Assembly: GCA_032718475.1 (NCBI GenBank)
Contig: JAUCBJ010004694.1
Coordinates: 1-36,594 of the forward strand
DNA: 36,594 nucleotides
Direction: 5' to 3'
From: Nemertoderma westbladi
Taxonomy: Eukaryota > Animalia > Xenacoelomorpha
Every line of letters begins with the position of its first letter. The first letter of the stretch is position 1. Made by a program: the position numbers and the translations under genes. The notes beneath the pieces are model-generated. The model ran no database searches. It had not been told where the DNA came from and worked only from the letters and a program-made list of their open reading frames with translations. Of the stretch, positions 13,731 to 26,191 are shown in pieces.

Positions 13731-13850
13731 CGACTGATCTCGGATATCGAAGTTGATCAACTCATCTTGACGGTTTTCGCCACTCAGAAAACTCAACAAA
13801 GTGTTAAACTTACTAACTACGATGTTAATATAACGTTACTTAAGGGCGAA
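13731..13850 (+). CDS. C2CD2L: C2CD2/C2CD2L-like gene, exon 4 (SMP domain)
   Basis: RLISDIEVDQLILTVFATQKTQQSVKLTNYDVNITLLKGE recalls TMEM24 [21 protein letters not shown]; acceptor ttttttag, donor GTTAGT, 120 nt. Confidence 0.8.
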
Positions 13851-13944
13851 GTTAGTTAATAATTATTATGTCCCTCGTATAATTATTCTATATTGATTGA
13901 TCTGTCTCTCTCTATTTGTGTGGATGTTTTTAAACAATTTCTTC

Positions 13945-14250
13945 CTGCCACTTTATGGAGTATAAAGTGGCAGGAAAAAATTGTAGGACTTTATAAAACT
14001 CCCATTCCAGTTTATATGACCCCGTCCACTTTATACGACTCCCATTCCAGTTTATATGACCCCGTCCACTTTATACGACTCCCATTCTACCTTATGACAT
14101 CCTGTTCATTTTATACGTTTACCAGTCCATTTTTTATCACTTTCAGTCAATTTTAAACGACTTCCAATCCACTTTATATTACTACCCGTCCACTTTATAC
14201 GACTCCAATTCCACAATATAGTTTATACTACTTCCAATATTCACTTTATT
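13945..14250. repeat. Degenerate intronic minisatellite (~19/38 bp)
   Basis: Repeated CCACTTTATACGACTCCCATT / CCAGTTTATATGACCCCGT, running up to the exon 5 acceptor. Confidence 0.75.
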
Positions 14251-14261
14251 TTCTCTTATAG

Positions 14262-14369
14262 ATGTTTATTCGACCCTGGAGACACAAAGACTCAGTTCTG
14301 TTTCAGTTTGGTTTCCAATTAGTCCCATCAATGGTAGTGATGGTAACTCCCCAGTTAGCTGCAGTAGAG
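14262..14369 (+). CDS. C2CD2L: C2CD2/C2CD2L-like gene, exon 5 (SMP domain)
   Basis: MFIRPWRHKDSVLFQFGFQLVPSMVVMVTPQLAAVE recalls TMEM24 [20 protein letters not shown]; acceptor ttctcttatag, donor GTTGGT, 108 nt. Confidence 0.78.
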
Positions 14370-15015
14370 GTTGGTCTACGGTTACATTCTTTAATTAACT
14401 ACAATTTCTTTAGTTATTATAACTGTAGAAGCGTTTCTCAGAAATTATTGTCTTAATTTGTTTTTGTTTCAAGAACCAACTGAAAGTTTTTTTGTGTTGA
14501 GATACAAGCCGTGTTTTTTAGAAAAAATAATACCTGACATTTATTGACAGACAGACCGACAATGTTTCGGTAGATTTTTTCTCGCCTTCGATCGATTTTA
14601 AAAGCCGTCAATATAATATTTTCGTAAATTAGTGTGTATAATAGGACTTTACACTGTGCTGATCCGAGTCAATTGTTAAATACGAACGAACGTAGTGAGC
14701 AAATTAAAATTAACGACGAGTTTAAAATCTTTTATATTTAAATATTAAAATTTTAAATCTAAAATATTACCTAATAATGTAAATGTAATGGAAAAGATTA
14801 ATTCATTGTCCAAGAGAATATAGGGGGTGATGTTTATAGATAAAATTGTTTCAGAGTGCGGTTTACTGTCCATTCCGGGAAATATCAATAATTTCAAATT
14901 TAAATTTTTTAAAAAATTTTTTTTTAATTTTAAATTTTCTCTGTGAAAATAAAAAAATATCGGAATGTCTGATTAATTAGTTTCAATGTCAAAAAATTTA
15001 TTTTTTATTTATTAG

Positions 15016-15180
15016 GATACTGACGATGTTGTGGATGCCGACCTTGTCGAGCAATGTGTCAGGGACGCCATTGGTTCCTTGGTTACCACGACAACCATAG
15101 ATAAATCGAGCATCAACCAATCCCATCTAGTTGACCGATATCTGGTCGAGGGTCCTTTGGAACCAACAACCAACCAAATA
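15016..15180 (+). CDS. C2CD2L: C2CD2/C2CD2L-like gene, exon 6 (SMP C-terminal helix and linker)
   Basis: DTDDVVDADLVEQCVRDAIGSLVTTTTID recalls TMEM24 VELSTIEELIKDAIVST; acceptor tttattag; donor GTTGGT at 15181, or GTATTA at 15185. Confidence 0.72.
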
Positions 15181-15234
15181 GTTGGTATTATTAGTTTATT
15201 AATTAATCTATAGGAAGGAGTGATTATCTTTCAG

Positions 15235-15345
15235 TTTTAATGGTTTACGACCAAAAGCGCCGGTCTCCCTAACGGAATGGTCGCGAGTTCGAACCCCACC
15301 AGGTCAACTCTGATTTACCTTCTAACTCTTAAGTAAACTCCGGGG
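15235..15345 (+). mobile_element. Truncated tRNA-derived SINE head
   Basis: B-box GAGTTCGAACCCC (15285-15297) within a degenerate tRNA-like head, followed by CAGGTCAACTC. Confidence 0.5.
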
Positions 15346-18099
15346 TTACAGAGTATATATCCTTGGAAGTAAGAGTGTGTGGTAACATCTGTGGTAGAGT
15401 TGAAACAGAGACTTGTCACTGTTCTCTGGATTCTCCGGGCTATTTTTTGGTCTCTGGATAGGTCTCTGGTTCCCGGGTATTGAAAACAGACATTTTACCC
15501 AGAGATCAATGATTTGACAAATTAGAAATAGATATTTAAAAATAGATCCTGTACAACACAAAATGTGAAATGAAGATTATTTTTTCAAATTTTTTACAAT
15601 TAATTATTTCTTTAATTTTTAACTATTTTTTAATATACACTGCTTCAACACAATTATATATTTACTTTTATACTATTTCTAATAAATGTACCGATAATCT
15701 TCTATTTAATTAATTTAAGGTGCGTTTAATTTTAATTTAAATTAGCACCTAAAGATGGTTCTTATTTAAGGATAAAGGCGCTTAATTTGAGCACTCATAA
15801 TGTTTAAAAGTGAAAGAAAGGGCTGATCTCCATTCAACTTGTTGTAGGATAGATAATATGACGACCAAATGAAGAGAACGAGCGTAACGAGGCTTGTAAA
15901 TGGGGCGAGTAGATTCACTATTATAGTATATTGAAATGTATATGATTTGAACTATAATTGTAAAATAAATGCCTTTAATTAACAAAGTACCGGTACCTAT
16001 GGGGCAAAACAAATTTATGTAACATATTATTAATTAAAAATAACAAAATAAGAACGTACTAATAAACAAACAACCAAATTAATATTAATTAAGTCCCCCA
16101 AACTGTACCTGTTGTTAAACAGGGGCGATCAGGAGCGCGTTATTACTGCCGCACTGCAGCACTGCTGCTAAACACAAAACTGCTACTCACCGCTGGATGG
16201 CGCTAACCTGGCCGTCCGCTAATATTTTTACTAAATTTCTACGGCTCCTGCAAATCGCTTGTTCCTTTCTCTGTTAATCGCTCAACAGAGAGCTAACTGT
16301 TCGAATCTATGAGCCACGCGGGAATAACCAAAACAATAAACCCGAATCGGCTCCCTAAGCTACTTAAAACGAGTGCGGGTGACCTAGCACTCGGAGTTCA
16401 CTTATCGCAAAATACTGGAATTCACTGGCAGAACACATTGAATGTGAGAATGTTTTAATGTTAAGGGGATAGATCTGTTACTTTCCTAGGTGCTGAAACT
16501 TGGCCTTTTGGCTGGTTTTAGACCAGCAAACTACTGCTGTACTGTATACTGGACACTGCTGTCAGTCCGTTGCCCCGCTATTTTCAAATAACCGCCTAGC
16601 GTGAATAGTCTACAGTATTCTAAAACAATTACTTAAACTACTCTCCGCTATGCTGCGTACAAATTCTTATTTTATTTTATCGCTAAATTAATTACAGTCA
16701 TAAATACAAATTCGCGTACTAATTACTAGATATTCCAGAATACGTACTTCTAATTTATTACGTACTGGGTTATACTAGCAACAGTCTAAATACGGTATTA
16801 TTTTGACCTAATTAGCAATTAATAAGCATAAACTAAGAAATGTAAATCAATCAAAAGGGAAAGGCGCCTATCTAAGCATTCACATTTAAGAATCAGGCAC
16901 TCTTTAGCAACACAACACAAATAGCGTAGCACTAAGTTAGTAGTACGGCAGATAGCGCTAACTACACCAATCAGCTAGTGCACTAAATACCCGTACATTA
17001 GTACATCAGTATACCAGTATTAGTCATCCAATCAGTCAGTCAGTGTAAAAACCACAGGTCACCCAAAGCCACACATGGGACTCCTAACTAAACCCAAATT
17101 CTGCCCCCCTAAAACTACAAAGTAGAGACGGAAATCTGGATCGTCAGCCCCCTAATACTGTAACAGCGGCTGGTCCCCGGTCCTCAACTGACTAGCTCCG
17201 ACCGCAACGGTGGCCCCCGCCAGCGTCGCCCAGCTTTGGATCCTCTGCACTCCCTTCCGTCGCTTCCCCCCAGTGCGCCCGCCTACCGGTACCTTAGCCC
17301 TCCATCAGAATGAATAGCTACCGTAGCGGCACATGCAAATCACAAAGTCTGACAGTCTAAGAAATCCCGTGGGATTATTACATCTTAAATCACATAGGAA
17401 TTAATAATCAAAAGTAGAAATCATAATTCAAAGTTGTAATTTGCAGTAATTGATTGAGAAAAACAGAAAGATAGACGAAAGATTAACAATTAACCAGAAA
17501 CAAAACTACAATACTGCCACTGGTACTAGATTGAGAGATTAAGAGATTAAGATAACTAGAGATTAAGGTGCACATACCGGAAATACAGCCAATTTATAGG
17601 TGATGCAACAGGGATGACGCAATATTCCTCTCATTGGTTCCCCAATCCGCCCCACCATCAGACCAACCTGGAACAGCTGGGCCAATAAGGAAGCCGGATT
17701 GTGAACCTCATGGCTCCCAAATCGCAAATTATTACCATATATGGTAATGGATCACGTCCCTGGCTGCTGAATGGTTAGGATTGCGTCCCTGGATGCTGGC
17801 CCTAATCATTAATTTCGCGATATTTAAAGTACACTAAGCACAATCTAATATAAAGCTAATTTAAAAGACAAATACAATGAAATCAATGCAATACACGATT
17901 AGTTCGATTAATACCAATAACAGCAAGCACATATCCAGGGTCCAACAGGAAACTTGCTACCCTGGAACTATTTACTTATATCTTATTACAAAATTACATA
18001 GGTAGGGCTACATACTATACAAAATGGATGAATTCAAAATATATGGGCGTTTTATTTTCCTTATCTAAATATCATTGCGCGTTATGCCTTATCTAAATA

Positions 18100-20070
18100 A
18101 TTATACTGCATCACGGACTAATATATGATACTATATAATGGACTAATATATTATACTGTATGATGGACTAATATATGTACAGTATAACGGCTAATATATT
18201 ATACTGTATAACGGCTAATATATTATACTGTATAACGGCTAATATATTATACTGTATAACGGCTAATATATTATACTGTATAACGGCTAATATATTATAC
18301 TGTATAACGGCTAATATATTATACTGTATAACGGCTAATATATTATACTGTATAACGGCTAATATATTATACTGTATAACGGCTAATATATTATACTGTA
18401 TAACGGCTAATATATTATACTGTATAACGGCTAATATATTATACTGTATAACGGCTAATATATTATACTGTATAACGGCTAATATATTATACTGTATAAC
18501 GGCTAATATATTATACTGTATAACTGCTAATATATTATACTGTATAACGGCTAATATATTATACTGTATAACGGCTAATATATTATACTGTATAACGGCT
18601 AATATATTATACTGTATAACGGCTAATATATTATACTGTATAACGGCTAATATATTATACTGTATAACGGCTAATATATTATACTGTATAACGGCTAATA
18701 TATTATACTGTATAACGGCTAATATATTATACTGTATAACGGCTAATATATTATACTGTATAACGGCTAATATATTATACTGTATAACGGCTAATATATT
18801 ATACTGTATAACGGCTAATATATTATACTGTATAACGGCTAATATATTATACTGTATAACGGCTAATATATTATACTGTATAACGGCTAATATATTATAC
18901 TGTATAACGGCTAATATATTATACTGTATAACGGCTAATATATTATACTGTATAACGGCTAATATATTATACTGTATAACGGCTAATATATTATACTGTA
19001 TAACGGCTAATATATTATACTGTATAACGGCTAATATATTATACTGTATAACGGCTAATATATTATACTGTATAACGGCTAATATATTATACTGTATAAC
19101 GGCTAATATATTATACTGTATAACGGCTAATATATTATACTGTATAACGGCTAATATATTATACTGTATAACTGCTAATATATTATACTGTATAACGGCT
19201 AATATATTATACTGTATAACGGCTAATATATTATACTGTATAACGGCTAATATATTATACTGTATAACGGCTAATATATTATACTGTATAACGGCTAATA
19301 TATTATACTGTATAACGGCTAATATATTATACTGTATAACGGCTAATATATTATACTGTATAACGGCTAATATATTATACTGTATAACGGCTAATATATT
19401 ATACTGTATAACGGCTAATATATTATACTGTATAACGGCTAATATATTATACTGTATAACGGCTAATATATTATACTGTATAACGGCTAATATATTATAC
19501 TGTATAACGGCTAATATATTATACTGTATAACGGCTAATATATTATACTGTATAACGGCTAATATATTATACTGTATAACTGCTAATATATTATACTGTA
19601 TAACGGCTAATATATTATACTGTATAACGGCTAATATATTATACTGTATAACGGCTAATATATTATACTGTATAACGGCTAATATATTATACTGTATAAC
19701 GGCTAATATATTATACTGTATAACGGCTAATATATTATACTGTATAACGGCTAATATATTATACTGTATAACTGCTAATATATTATACTGTATAACGGCT
19801 AATATATTATACTGTATAACGGCTAATATATTATACTGTATAACGGCTAATATATTATACTGTATAACGGCTAATATATTATACTGTATAACGGCTAATA
19901 TATTATACTGTATAACGGCTAATATATTATACTGTATAACGGCTAATATATTATACTGTATAACGGCTAATATATTATACTGTATAACGGCTAATATATT
20001 ATACTGTATAACGGCTAATATATTATACTGTATAACTGCTAATATATTATACTGTATAACACGGACTAAT
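18100..20070. repeat. 24-bp satellite, about 80 copies
   Basis: Near-perfect CTGTATAACGGCTAATATATTATA; five copies carry a G>T variant; diverged ACGGACTAAT units at both edges. Confidence 0.98.
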
Positions 20071-20888
20071 GTAGGTACAGCGCCATATACCGTAACACCT
20101 GTGCTTATTTTCTTCCAATGGGTAAGGCCGCGTTCACACTACCGAGTCAAAGTCAAATTTTATTTTCAATTTTCAATTATATTCAAGAAGCTTATTTTCT
20201 TACAATGGAGGAATTATTCCCGACCATTTTCCCGTCTCATTCTAGGCTATATAAGTTCATGTATATTATTATTGTTATATTATCATTATTATTATTATAA
20301 AATTATAATATCGAATACCATAATGTAAATTAATAAATACTAGCACAAAATGCTTGGCACAATACACCCAAATTTTGTAAATCTTAGCTCTAAAATTACA
20401 AATTTGATGGTGTAAGGGTTTTCGAGGTCGCTGATCACGATACACAACTCGTTAATAATATTTTCATACAGTAAATTTATTTATTATTAAATTTATTATT
20501 TCTTATAAATAGAATAGTTATATCTTTCTCCACATATGCTTCCTATTGATCCCCCAATGTTCTAAGGTTATTCGCATTCATTAGTTTAACAGTGAAGTAT
20601 TTAATATTAAGAGCGTGAGGGAGGGGAGGGGGGATACATTACTTACTTAAATGAGTTCATCGATTGAAACTACAGTATCCGCTGCCTTGCTGTATAATAA
20701 TATCGTATTGATTTACCGCAATGTTGTTTAATACTATAGCGCATATGAATATAGCTGTACAGTATGTATATACTGTATGAACCACGGTTTCTTATGTTTA
20801 ATAGGCATATATGAATATAATAACCTCATAAAGTATTACGCAATAATTTACTGACCAGCAATTATTGCAAAGTGGAAAGTTACATTTA

Positions 20889-21174
20889 GGCCCCCCTCAC
20901 ACGGAGCAACTTGTTTCTATGTGAGGAGGGGGTCCCATCAACAAGTTGCTGGAATTTATATTCCCAGCAACTTTTTTAAAAATTTTTATTACATCAAATT
21001 TTTATACTATCTAATATTCGATAATTTGGGTGATTTGATATTATATACAAATGACTGGATATGTTAGCTTTATTTTTAAATAATTGTTATTTTCTTGAGC
21101 AACAAATTTCTGTGTGTGAGGGGTGCCAGCAACAAGTTTCAGAAACAAACAAGTTGCTCCGTGTGAGGGGGGCA
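20889..21174. mobile_element. PIF/Harbinger-type MITE
   Basis: Perfect TIR GCCCCCCTCACACGGAGCAACTTGTTT / AAACAAGTTGCTCCGTGTGAGGGGGGC, flanked by TTA and TAA. Confidence 0.85.
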
Positions 21175-21905
21175 TAAGTCTTAATATTGTAAAAAAAAAA
21201 AGACACAGCAATAAATACATTTGTGTTCTGGAATTATAGTGTCGTTATTGAGTGACTGAGACACCCCCACCCCCCAGCTATTCTTTGTCATTTATTCCGA
21301 TTTTTCTTCCGATTTCGGGGTATATTCGAGCGAAAAAGTAACAATTTAAGAATAAAAACAGTTTTTTTCGTAAAATTTGTTAAACAGGTGAAGAATTGTA
21401 AAACTAAAAAACTGCTCGAATTTTATTATTGTGCTGTGCGCACTACTAGCTTTTGATACCAAAAACTTGTTGAAAATTGGCGGAGGAGTCGTGATTAAAA
21501 AATAAAAAATGCCATTCCGAGATAATCGGCATTCATGTAAAGAATGGTGCTATTGGGGTTTCCTGGTCAGATTTACTGAACGATGTCGCCATATTTTCGT
21601 TGCTCATTTTCTGTAAAATGTCTTCTATAGGACGTATCGAATAGTCTTACACACTAAACAATTATTTACGTACAGTAGCTAGTCCCGTCACTTCAAACTG
21701 GACGCACGAATTATACAAACAGGTGCTGCTTTATTAAATAAAGAAGCACTTATTAATATAAATGGAAATAATACATTCTGGAATACGGTAATTTAAGTTG
21801 TTTCCATGCCATTGATTACTTTACAGCGTTCCGTCGTATAGGCCGCAACGCTGCAAAGTAGTACTTGTAGCAAAGCAAAGTAGGACATGGTGTAGGTATG
21901 TCGTT

Positions 21906-22607
21906 ATGTCAACTTTCATATCTCCATGGGTAACTATTTTTGTTCTGATTCCCACATTCAACTTCGCAGCCACTCAAATCAGCAATACAACTTCGCAGAA
22001 CTTCACATGCCCAAACGAACTGAAATGGTCGGTGTCTTCAAAAAATATTGAGTTGCAAAATGTATATGATTCCAGACTAGAGAAGTTTTTTGAAAGCAAT
22101 GGATTAACTATCGGGAGTGACTTGTCTGGTTGCGTTCGTTGTGGAGTCATATCAGTGGTATTTAGTGGATGGTCCGCTGAATACAAGGATGATGTCACTT
22201 TTAATATATCACAAGGCATATGCTTCGGTGAAAGATTTCGAGGCCACTGTTTCCCGGCAGGCGAAGAAGGCTGCATCTATATGGCGACAGTTGTCCTCCC
22301 AAATTCTGAACCTGATCCAGATGATGATCCAGCCATCAAATATTTCACTACCACACTCTTTGGTTTGCTGTCCTACTACAACTACCTTCAACAGGATATC
22401 ACAGTAACACACTCCACTTGTCAGTCGCAGTGTTGCGACACTGGTCCATGCCCAGCTCCGGTGTGGAAACACGACCAAGCCGCACCCGCACCCACAACGG
22501 AAAACATATCGGCTGCAACAGATAACAGTTCGGCTAATGTCAATCAAATGGCAAAGTGCCAGCTGGCTGGGTTCATTATTATTGCAATAGTTCTCAATGA
22601 GTTATAG
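21906..22607 (+). CDS. Secreted, probably GPI-anchored Cys-rich protein (divergent Ly6/uPAR three-finger-like), single coding exon
   Basis: 233 aa; hydrophobic N-terminal signal; 10 Cys in the ectodomain including CVRC and CQSQCCDTGPC; P/T/A stalk; small-residue site (SSA) followed by a hydrophobic tail; AATAAA at ~22852 and ~22866. Confidence 0.8.
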   Translation: MSTFISPWVTIFVLIPTFNFAATQISNTTSQNFTCPNELKWSVSSKNIELQNVYDSRLEKFFESNGLTIGSDLSGCVRCGVISVVFSGWSAEYKDDVTFNISQGICFGERFRGHCFPAGEEGCIYMATVVLPNSEPDPDDDPAIKYFTTTLFGLLSYYNYLQQDITVTHSTCQSQCCDTGPCPAPVWKHDQAAPAPTTENISAATDNSSANVNQMAKCQLAGFIIIAIVLNEL

Positions 22608-24004
22608 AACAAAACTCATTTAATTATATATCAGGTGGTGGAATATAGATTCTCTCTTAAAGGTGGCTTCTCAATAATAGAAGATAAAGATAGACTAGAC
22701 AACTACTTACAGTCTGGTTAATATACTTTCAATAACAATCTGAACTTATCCTATAATATTACATTGTTAACTACTTTATTGACACCCCTTCCACTCACAT
22801 TGTATGGAGTTATACAGCACTTTATTTCACACTTTCTTTATTTTAATTCCTAATAAATTTCATAAATAAATTGCCGATGTTGGTGTTGGTTGTAATGAAA
22901 CATTATAGAACACAGTAGTAGGTCATACCACATCATTCGCATTATTATGTGCTGTCTTTTACAGTTGTACAATACAATTTGTACGATAAAAACATACCAA
23001 CTATTCATACATAAATTAGAAATTAACCGTTGTAGGCCTACTGTACGATAGTAATATACTAAATCTACTAATATATCCCGCAGTTTGAATCACTTGAATT
23101 GTTTTAATATGTGATTTATATTGTAATTAATAGACACAATGGAGGTTTATTTGTTTGAATGGAAATAATATCGTATTACCACTTTTATCGCTCTTAATTT
23201 CGTCTGGACGACATATTTTCCAGCTTTATATCGCAGTGCGCCATTATTTCTCAGTATGTCCCAACGCCATAACCAAATATTTTAACCAAATTGTTTGAAA
23301 TTTTCAGTCAATGGTCTTGAGATGTTGATTAAAATTTCAAAATTTGGTCTATAAGTTTTATTCGTCAATATGTCTAGATCATTAACTGAAAATATCAAAC
23401 AATTCCAGTAAAACATTGACGTTTAGTAGTAACATTTACATTGAAAATCAAAAATTTTTGAATACAATTGGCCGGTAAATAACGACAGCTGGGTGATGTA
23501 GCATTACGGCTAAATCCGTATACGTTAAGTCCTGTCGCATTAAGACCGTTAACTTAATTTCGAAACTTAACATGTTATAAATTTTAGTTTATTGTTTTGG
23601 TACGATAATACATAGAACTGTAACCTGCTCCTTTCCCTTAATTGTTAACGAACCAAATTAAATTTCCCAGGACCTAAATGCGTCAGGACCTACCCTAACC
23701 GACAGCGATGGGTTTGGAAGTCGTACGATTTCGGTAAATCAAATATCGACTACGCGGATCGCAGTTCATATAATATGTGTGTACAATAATTACCTGAGTT
23801 TAGAAATTGCCTGTTCCATTTTATTCTCCGATGTTCTTTGAACCTCTCGTAAAGCCGCTTGGTTGTTCGCATTCATTTCTAAGAATTCCTAAAAATTATA
23901 TTACAGCGAAATAATTCAACTCTTTACTCAACTCAACCTTTACTCTCGTATATTGTTCTGGTTAGAATATTTCATGCAATTGGGGCGAACGCGAAGAGCT
24001 GATG

Positions 24005-24150
24005 TATCAGTAGACAGACAAGCCGACAGATCCACCGACAGATCCACCGTCACATCAGCCGACAGACCAGCCGACATGTCAGCCAACACATCAGCCGACA
24101 CATCAGCCGACATATCAGCCGACAGACCAGCCGACACCGTAACCGTACAT
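24005..24150. repeat. 12-bp minisatellite
   Basis: About 11 copies of CAGCCGACA(g/c)A(t/c). Confidence 0.8.
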
Positions 24151-24561
24151 GTCGCCAGGTCCAATAAATTATTACCCCGACCAATAAGGTCTCTCTCAAT
24201 TATTGGTCGCTCTCGCTAGTAATATTTAATAATTTAAAAGTTTGGGTATCGGTATTACTTACTGTCTTACACAAACAGCTGTATATGAATGCAAAACTTA
24301 TATAAAGTTATACAAGAAGAAATTCTGAGAAGTCTCGGTCCTTTTAAGACAAAGTAACTCTAGAATTAGGTCGGTTTAATTGTCAAGGCAACTGAAAAGA
24401 TTTGCTACCGTAATTTATGTATAAAAAGTAATATTATTAAGAAATGAAAACAAATCAATAAATAAATATAAACTCGTTATGCGATTTTAGTGAAATAAAG
24501 TTATATTAAAATTATTTTGCAATTGACATAAACAATTGAAAGGTTTACTGGCATAAAAATT

Positions 24562-25541
24562 GGGTAGGTGTAAAACGCGGATCCGGATCCGGATCCGGAT
24601 TCAGGATCCGGATACGGATCAGGACCCGGATTTGCGAGTGTAAAAGGCGGATCCGGATTTACATACAATCCGTAACTGAGTGTAATATGCGGATTCTGAA
24701 ATACGCAATCCGTATTGCAGTGTAAAACGCGGATTCATATATTTTGTGAATCCGGAATGGAGTGTAAAATACGGATTTTCGTTAATTACCAAGTTTTATT
24801 GGATCCGGAATGGAGTGTAAAACACGGATTTTCGTTAATTACCAAGTTTTATTGGATCCGGAATGGAGTGTAAAACACGGATTTTCGTTAATTACCAAGT
24901 TTTGTTGGATCCGGAATGGAGTGTAAAACACGGATTTCGTTAATTACTAAGTTTTATTGGATCCGGAATGGAGTGTAAAACACGGATTTTCGTTAATGAC
25001 TAAGTTTTGTTGGATCCGGAATGGGGTGTAAAACACGGATTTTCGTTAATTATCAAGTTTTATTGGATCCGGAATGGAGTGTAAAACACGGATTTTTATT
25101 AATTACCAAGTTTTATTGGATCCGGAATGGAGTGTAAAACACGGATTTACGCTAATTACCAAGTTTTATTGGATCCGGAATGGAGTGTAAAACACGGATT
25201 TTCGTTAATTACCAAGTTTTATTGGATCCGGAATGGAGTGTAAAACACGGATTTTCGTTAATTACCAAGTTTTATTGGATCCGGAATGGAGTGTAAAATA
25301 CGGATTTTCGTTAATTACCCAGTTTTATTGGATCCGGAATGGAGTGTAAAACACGGATTTACGTTAATTACCAAGTTTTATTGGATCCGGAATGGAGTGT
25401 AAAACACGGATTTTCGTTAATTACCAAGTTTTGTTGGATCCGGAATGGGGTGTAAAACACGGATTTACGTTAATTATCAAGTTTAGTTGGATCCGGAATG
25501 GAGTGTAAAACACGGATTTACGTTAATTACCAAGTTTTATT
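24562..25541 (+). repeat. Left foldback arm, ~15 x 53-bp units
   Basis: Unit GGATCCGGAATGGAGTGTAAAACACGGATTTTCGTTAATTACCAAGTTTTATT. Confidence 0.95.
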
Positions 25542-26191
25542 GTTCTATGCCCAGGGGCCACACATAAGCTTAATCCGGCTCTGGGGGACACCTTAATAGG
25601 GGTCAATGCTTCCCAATGAATCATTAATAAGGGCGATGGTGATGCTTGGCCGTCAGACATTATTAGATATTGATTAGCTGAAAAACTACTACCGTGGGAA
25701 CGTGACCTCTCTGGTAGAGCGGCTCTGTAGACAATTGTATGGTAGGATTACTGTCCTGTTCCCTGATTGGCTTATCCATCCATCCCAACCTCCATTACAA
25801 ACAAGAATCACTGTTCTGCCTAGCTGGCGGTAGTTTGTACTGCATCATAGCGTACTCTAGCGTAGCCTTGCAAGCGTGCTGCCTTCCTAATTTATGGAGG
25901 CTGAACTGTTCAGTATAATTTCTTATTTAATTTCTTATTAAACATGGATGACAGTGATGACTTTGTAAAGGTTCCATTTACGGGATTCGTTATTCCGAGT
26001 CCAACCAATGATACAGCCATTGTTGAGCCGCTTGAACTCACTACGCAAACATCGTGCACCCCGAGTCCGGAGAAGAAAAAAACCAGGAAAGTCCGCAAGC
26101 CATGAAAAGTTACTAAAGAACAATAAACATTGTACTAATTAATAATTGTAACTATATGAGGGTCTGGGTCTTTATTGCATATGCGTTTTAC

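Noticed and set aside
16018-17998. Solo LTR (TGTAA...TTACA, with minus-strand TATA and CCAAT motifs near 17590)
   Set aside because: Plausible, but I found no matching TSD, PBS, PPT or second copy, so it is not listed as a feature.
18175-20328. 717-aa ORF of (CITANILY)n
   Set aside because: By-product of a stop-free 24-bp satellite; the units are almost identical at the DNA level and there is no domain context.
23940-24219. Overlapping ORFs with SAD/ADRP repeats
   Set aside because: Translations of the 12-bp minisatellite.
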